The translations under genes were made by a program, and so were the position numbers. Shown here piece after piece: positions 60,101 to 64,000 of a stretch of DNA of 64,000 bases. Where the stretch lies: contig JAUWBM010000001.1 in assembly GCA_030601705.1 (NCBI GenBank), forward strand, positions 3,473 to 67,472, written 5' to 3'. Positions within the stretch are counted from its first letter, which is position 1. The number at the start of each line of letters is the position of its first letter. This stretch comes from Thermoplasmatota archaeon. GTDB taxonomy: Archaea; Thermoplasmatota; E2; DHVEG-1. The notes below the pieces were generated by a model. It had not been told where the DNA came from and made no database searches. It saw only the letters and a program-made list of their open reading frames with translations.

Positions 60101-60765
60101 TTTATTATATATTCTGTCTCATAGTTGCCACTATCATCGTAATCAAAGGTAATATCGACGTCCCATATACCAGTGGAAATGGATTGATGATTCCATTCCA
60201 CATCATTTGGTTCATAAAGAGTAATCGTCACAGCCTCTTCAAGAAGCATATATTTTGAACCAGTCCAGTTATAAACGTAGAAATAGAACGAATTTGGGTA
60301 ATTATAAGTTTTGTTATATACTGCATGATCGATCCAATTTCCTCCAACTTTATACTTTACATCGTATAAACTACTGATAGTTATATTCATCGCATCTAAT
60401 TGACCAGAACTGTTATGTAAAGAAATGTTCCATGTACCTAAAGGATTAACAATATTTTCTGAATCAAGATTTTTCCATCCAGGAACGTTTATCTTTATGG
60501 ATACTTCTTCATTTGCATCGGCTCTTTTGTCATCAAGATCTTTAAACCCAGTACCGTTCCATACTTTTACATAATAACGTTCATCTTCATTGAGTCCACT
60601 AGCGTTAACCCAAATAGTTTCACCGCATGTCAAGTCAAGAGTTTTAGATATCTCGTCAATTGCTGGAGCCGCTAGAGTGCTCTGAGGGACGAGTATAATT
60701 ACCGCGAGCAGTAGTATCAGCGTCATCAGTATCGGCATTAACTTACTTTTTCTTTCTTTTCTCAT
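57178..60765 (-). CDS. giant secreted cell-surface (S-layer/adhesin-like) protein with a C-terminal PGF-CTERM archaeosortase sorting signal
   Basis: Signal peptide at the chosen start (MRKERKSKLMPILMTLILLLAVIILVPQSTLAAP); many NxS/T sequons and Ig-like repeats; ends ...IPGFELLTLIAAIGVAFILLRRRRH (PGF motif + TM + basic tail). Confidence 0.7.
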   Translation of the reverse strand: MRKERKSKLMPILMTLILLLAVIILVPQSTLAAPAIDEISKTLDLTCGETIWVNASGLNEDERYYVKVWNGTGFKDLDDKRADANEEVSIKINVPGWKNLDSENIVNPLGTWNISLHNSSGQLDAMNITISSLYDVKYKVGGNWIDHAVYNKTYNYPNSFYFYVYNWTGSKYMLLEEAVTITLYEPNDVEWNHQSISTGIWDVDITFDYDDSGNYETEYIINVTMDAARYGEQIVPVKLNISAVMPTNLEWGDEIQISNGYVRDGKGNGIEGYNISLYSPIEGGYRLITYTNTYSTGRFSIISPTDENGGSAGTWCLGTYSDVGSHRLDETDKLDIADFIKYYSIDIASDDSAKVKVESPDELVSGFNQTINVSIYNSWDGDHYDKMWIHVTGVKSYNSTTNMEYDDDDVVLVHANVATGVTDTLKYAYYRFKIKFNETGTGTIIVTNPLNDENYTDIDDLEANITGSVNFQVVSPGDMTVIIDDMVDEVSINKITSCQWKNTSNEITIQIYGDDQSDEKNASIEITGCGLDIKIDEEDAVSDGYMTPPDYGIYTVKIDPKTAGTITITAHNDTGNASVSKDFGVKGLFGSVTTSEGDNKEISVQSTETVIAEIANGQYAEVHLTYYDENWIFIECMNETTGDNTPGSGEQGRFEFVVTEEDIEEGVGYIVVAAEAGVYYMYDIIEVAPLHDMIVDITDPVDAANQTLTVGMEHAWEFEVLDGNGNLIDDIDSVTAEILDNDGDVIQTEPLKEKSGNIWYMDDFIPHFRGELLITAVNNSGENEHDGNITLDVERAEITYSPEAVTCGIGLDNITVAVTAVDANGVPLPDGTKLYINMYEAANTTTNPAETEYFILDEDGNGEFDIEETGDVKGKINVTLQSEYTNYEGNTTDGQLRIVFPSFIVEPSEIYINMANTITIIALDSDNNPIPGINITLTPSTAGIIPSQPEPVETNANGKVTLSVAPVASGNLNVTIARNVRYVGGLLIWDNSVITNTTIKVTGKQSLDISVSKSPIHEGETLTVTIRSGGTPVSGVDVEFGQVTSQTDSNGEATFTVPDPGVESAIYTVTAKKTGYATEEKTISVIKRYEISIVGPSADPQTGSSFTVTVLAKGSGLAGASVTFEGTTKTSDNNGKVTFTAPSDDGNYVITASYETYQDGTLTIKIVPGGIPGFELLTLIAAIGVAFILLRRRRH

Positions 60766-61017
60766 ATATCTTTTCCTCCTAAATTTTATCCTATTTTTCG
60801 CATGAATGTCCGATTTTCCACAGTTTAATTCGCACCGCGAACCGATATGAAAATTCATAAACGCATCTAACAATTATATGAACTTTCACATCTGTGTCCT
60901 CACCGGACCCTCATTTCACCGTAAATAACTACCTTATTTAAATAAGTTGCGATTTTACTTATCTTATATACAGGTATTGGTGCAACTTTTTGATTAGGTA
61001 TAATAAATCATCATTTA

Positions 61018-61254
61018 TCATTTATTCTTTTCATTTTGAATTATCTTTTTAAACTCATCAAGTCTTCCATCCAAATCAGCATTCATTAACCCAATAGCCT
61101 GCTGTAGCTCCTCTTGAGAATCAGTTTTATAAAAAATCTTAAGATTTTCCAACCGTAGAACTTTACCACATCTAGGGCATTTTGTTGTCTTACGGGATAA
61201 CTCTACACCTTTAACTTTCTTACAATTAGGGCAAACAATGACGCCAAATTTCAT
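61018..61254 (-). CDS. small zinc-ribbon protein (CPNC...CPRC)
   Basis: ORF track; C4 ribbon at the N-terminus followed by a helical tail. Confidence 0.5.
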   Translation of the reverse strand: MKFGVIVCPNCKKVKGVELSRKTTKCPRCGKVLRLENLKIFYKTDSQEELQQAIGLMNADLDGRLDEFKKIIQNEKNK

Positions 61255-61317
61255 AGCATTTCACTAAAACAGTACCTTAACTAATAAATATGCCTATATT
61301 TATTTGGGCTTTGCATT

Positions 61318-61406
61318 CCCGCCTTAGCTCAGTCTGGCTGGAGCGGCCGGCTGTAGACCCTACGGCCGTAACCGGCAGGTCCCCGGTTCAAATCCGGGAG
61401 GCGGGA
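61318..61406 (+). tRNA. tRNA-Tyr (anticodon GTA) with a 14-nt intron after position 37
   Basis: Acceptor cccgcct/aggcggg; anticodon stem gccgg...ccggc separated by 21 nt (7-nt loop ctGTAga plus accctacggccgta, which carries ctac complementary to the anticodon); T-arm cccgg-ttcaaat-ccggg. Confidence 0.8.
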
Positions 61407-61456
61407 CTTTTTAACATTATAGTAAATTATTTACACATATACTAGACATACGTAAC

Positions 61457-62497
61457 ATGGAGATGAAAGACAAATCCACTGGAATACGCGCCCAGCTAGA
61501 TCAAGCTGAAAAAATGCGAAAATATCTTTCTGAAAAAAATTTACTGAGAAATGATTTGAAAATTAGTAAGGACAATGCATTTATCTATTTCCCAGTAAAA
61601 GACTTACCAAGAGAGCTAGATCCTTACAAAGTTCTTAAAAAAGAATTTGAAAAAAAAGAAACAGAACCTAAATCATACAAAGAAATTGTTTCGATTCCTG
61701 ATAAACTAAAGCATGAATTACCTACGTCCTACGATGCAATAGGTGACATAATTCTAATAAAGCTACCAAATAAACTTCTAAAATATCAAAAAGAAATTGG
61801 GGAATCATTATTAAAATCAAATAAAAATGTAAAAACAGTCTGTTTAATAGAACCTGTTACTGGAGAATTTAGAACTAGAAATATCAAGGTTATAGCAGGA
61901 GAAAAACATACAACGACGACCCATAAGGAATATGGGCTAAAATTTGATGTTGATGTAGAAAATACCTATTTCTCCCCAAGACTTGCTACAGAGAGAAAAC
62001 GAGTTGCAGGTCTTGTAAAACCTAACGAAATAGTTGTGGACATGTTTGCAGGTGTTGCACCATTCTCCATTATGATTGCAAAATATGCCAATCCTAAGAT
62101 TATATATGCAATTGATAAAAACGAGGAAGCTGTAAAATGTGCAAAACAAAACATTAAAAGAAACAACGTTCTTGATAAAATTGAAGTCATAAACGCAGAT
62201 GCAAACGAAATCCATAAAATCTTACAAAAAAAAGCAGATAGAATCATTATGAATCTTCCATTTTCTGCTCATTTGTTTTTTATGTATGCATTAAAAATTG
62301 CTAAAGATTATGTAATAATACATTATTATGATATATTAAAAGTAGGCATGATAGAGGAAAGAACGGGTAAACTGAAAAAAATAGCTGAAGAAAACGGATA
62401 CGCTCTACCAAATTTAGACATAAGAAAAATTAAAAGCTATGCACCAAGAGAATTTTATATAGGAATTGATATTACGGCTAAGAAGATGCCGATGTAG
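61457..62497 (+). CDS. trm5: tRNA (guanine37-N1)-methyltransferase Trm5/TYW2 family
   Basis: VVDMFAGVAPFSIMIAKYA...IYAIDKNEEAVKCAKQNIKRNNV...IIMNLP class I MTase motifs in Trm5 arrangement. Confidence 0.8.
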   Translation: MEMKDKSTGIRAQLDQAEKMRKYLSEKNLLRNDLKISKDNAFIYFPVKDLPRELDPYKVLKKEFEKKETEPKSYKEIVSIPDKLKHELPTSYDAIGDIILIKLPNKLLKYQKEIGESLLKSNKNVKTVCLIEPVTGEFRTRNIKVIAGEKHTTTTHKEYGLKFDVDVENTYFSPRLATERKRVAGLVKPNEIVVDMFAGVAPFSIMIAKYANPKIIYAIDKNEEAVKCAKQNIKRNNVLDKIEVINADANEIHKILQKKADRIIMNLPFSAHLFFMYALKIAKDYVIIHYYDILKVGMIEERTGKLKKIAEENGYALPNLDIRKIKSYAPREFYIGIDITAKKMPM

Positions 62498-62561
62498 CTT
62501 AGACCGGTAGAGCGGCTGACTTGTAATCAGCAGGTCGGGGGTCCAAATCCCTCCATCGGCT
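62488..62561 (+). tRNA. tRNA-Thr (anticodon TGT); 5' end overlaps the last 10 nt of trm5
   Basis: Acceptor gccgatg/catcggc; anticodon stem gctga/tcagc with loop ctTGTaa; T-arm ggggg-tccaaat-ccctc. Confidence 0.8.
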
Positions 62562-62697
62562 TCAGTTACTATGATACAAATTCCTACGATCTTTTTTAAT
62601 GTAAATCATCTCGAATAGGAAAAAGGATGATAAAGGTATATTTTTAAAGCAATAATTGTTGTAATATTTATATTTAAGAAGGATTGGAGGAGAAAAT

Positions 62698-63378
62698 ATG
62701 AAAATATCAAAAGTAGGAACAATTGTTTTGGGAATAGCGCTAATAATCAGCATTAGTGTTGCTGCTGTAGTAGGAATAGCCAATATTGGTTTACAAAGTG
62801 AATTATCTGACCTTGAAATCGAACTAAATTCTACTCAAGCGATGCTTCAAGATAATGTAACGAGATTACAAGAAAAAACAGAGAATCGTACTAATACGGA
62901 ATTATTTATCAAGACATATTTGAGTGGTATAGGCATATATTATAATGCTATGGATGTTGAAGATATTGCAACTTATAAATATAACAGAGCAGAAGACTAT
63001 TATGATAGCGGTAACTGGTTTAGTGGAGTAGGATATTACGACGATGCAATGGATTACTACAGTAATGCGAGAGAAGAATATAGAGATGCTCAAGATGTGT
63101 TCAAAAATGCAAGTAATTATACAACAAATCAAACATTTAAAAACATCAATACTGTCTATTCAAATATGATGGATTCAAAATCTAAATCGATGACTTATTT
63201 ATATGAAGCAGCGGAATATATGTCGGCCGCCTGCCAGTTTTACTTAGATGGAAATTATGAGGCAGCTCATGACCGTGCCAATAAAGCAAATGAAAAAATT
63301 ACATTTAGTGATGAACAATTAACAATATTTAATACCCATCTAGCAGAATTGAATACAATTTTATTAGGTTTAAACTAG
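62698..63378 (+). CDS. N-terminally membrane-anchored hypothetical protein (Tyr/Asp/Asn-rich)
   Basis: ORF track; N-terminal TM (VGTIVLGIALIISISVAAVVGIA). Confidence 0.45.
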   Translation: MKISKVGTIVLGIALIISISVAAVVGIANIGLQSELSDLEIELNSTQAMLQDNVTRLQEKTENRTNTELFIKTYLSGIGIYYNAMDVEDIATYKYNRAEDYYDSGNWFSGVGYYDDAMDYYSNAREEYRDAQDVFKNASNYTTNQTFKNINTVYSNMMDSKSKSMTYLYEAAEYMSAACQFYLDGNYEAAHDRANKANEKITFSDEQLTIFNTHLAELNTILLGLN

Positions 63379-63714
63379 AAGCTAAAAAATCTGGTTCATA
63401 AATAGTATTTACTTAATCGTCAGGATATCTATTTTCAAACTTTCGCACGATTCATAGGTTGAATTTATATAGTGCAAAATTTGTGCTCCAAATCACAATT
63501 TTTTGCTATTTTCTTACGGATTTTAACCCATATACTGTATTCTCTCTATCAGCTATCTGAGCTCTTTTTTCTCTCGTTAAACGTCCATTTTATTCCAGAT
63601 CTCAATCGAGGGCTTTGAACCCAAATTTTCAAATGATAATTGTTCATTTTGAATAACTGACATTTTTACAATTTTACACACAAGTATTATAATACTTAAT
63701 TTACAAATAGTCAA

Positions 63715-64000
63715 TATGGTGATGAAGATGGAATGGAAAAAATCGATAAGTTATTTGATAATAGTCTTAGTCGTTCTTGGGCTATTTGGAAATCTTTCTC
63801 AAGCATGCGGTCCTAATGAACCAGCGGGGAAATCCCACGTTTCCCATCTGTATCTTTATGAGAAGAATCCTACAACCTGGGATGTTATATCTAATGGTTC
63901 TTGGGGCAAGATGAAGTATGGAGTATCTGGAGAAGAATTTGAGTTTGTTTTTAACGGTCATAATCTTACTTCAGGACAGAATTATACCCTAATCTATTAT
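63715..64000 (+). CDS. 5' part of a secreted hypothetical protein continuing beyond the window
   Basis: ATG at 63715; signal-like ISYLIIVLVVLGLFGNLSQA; the frame is open to the window end. Confidence 0.4.

Noticed and set aside
57347-60258. Multiple plus-strand ORFs inside the giant surface-protein gene (57347..57568, 57689..58036, 58256..58651, 59218..59571, 59942..60258)
   Set aside because: They are all antisense to a long, well-supported minus-strand gene with a signal peptide and PGF-CTERM; no motifs; shadow ORFs.
1-64000. CRISPR arrays / cas genes
   Set aside because: I found no regularly spaced short direct repeats with unique spacers anywhere in the window. The only tandem repeats are coding (FN3 units, the rpoA'' K/P repeat and the Lys-rich tails).

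Overview
AT-rich archaeal chromosomal segment (roughly one-third G+C by eye; euryarchaeote-like, with an unsplit rpoB, split rpoA'/A'', a PGF-CTERM surface protein and an intron-containing tRNA-Tyr). Conserved informational genes are interleaved with accessory metabolism. The main blocks are: (a) the rnp4–rps19e–PDCD5–rpl39e–rpl31e–eIF6–thrS block; (b) a translationally coupled archaeal-type mevalonate operon (mvk, UbiD-family decarboxylase, small unknown ORF, aconitase-X large and small subunits); (c) the tRNA-Lys–rpoH–rpoB–rpoA'–rpoA''–rpl30e–nusA supraoperon. Immediately after nusA this supraoperon is followed not by rps12/rps7/fusA but by a three-gene flavin/Fe-S oxidoreductase operon: an NfnB/GltD–ferredoxin–degenerate MvhD/CCG fusion plus sarcosine/opine/proline-dehydrogenase-like alpha and beta subunits. 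Accessory regions hold an ACP-less citrate-lyase-like pair (CitF plus a short citrate-synthase-family lyase) and a putative isoprenoid/lipid-tailoring island containing an IS200 tnpA remnant. That island carries two CrtC/AttH-like hydratase paralogs, a B12-radical-SAM enzyme, a sulfatase-like enzyme and a PaaK-like ligase. Between two UbiA prenyltransferases sits a cluster of a ketopantoate-reductase-like dehydrogenase, two nicotianamine-synthase-like genes and a transcarbamylase with altered substrate motifs. Other notable items are a HerA/DUF87 ATPase fused to an endonuclease-III C-terminal Fe-S cluster loop, a PurF homolog with Ser in place of the catalytic Cys1, Lys-rich extensions on L31e and RpoA'', four tRNAs (Pro, Lys, Tyr with intron, Thr), an SDR pseudogene relic, and a glycosyltransferase plus giant PGF-CTERM surface protein. 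No CRISPR array was seen.
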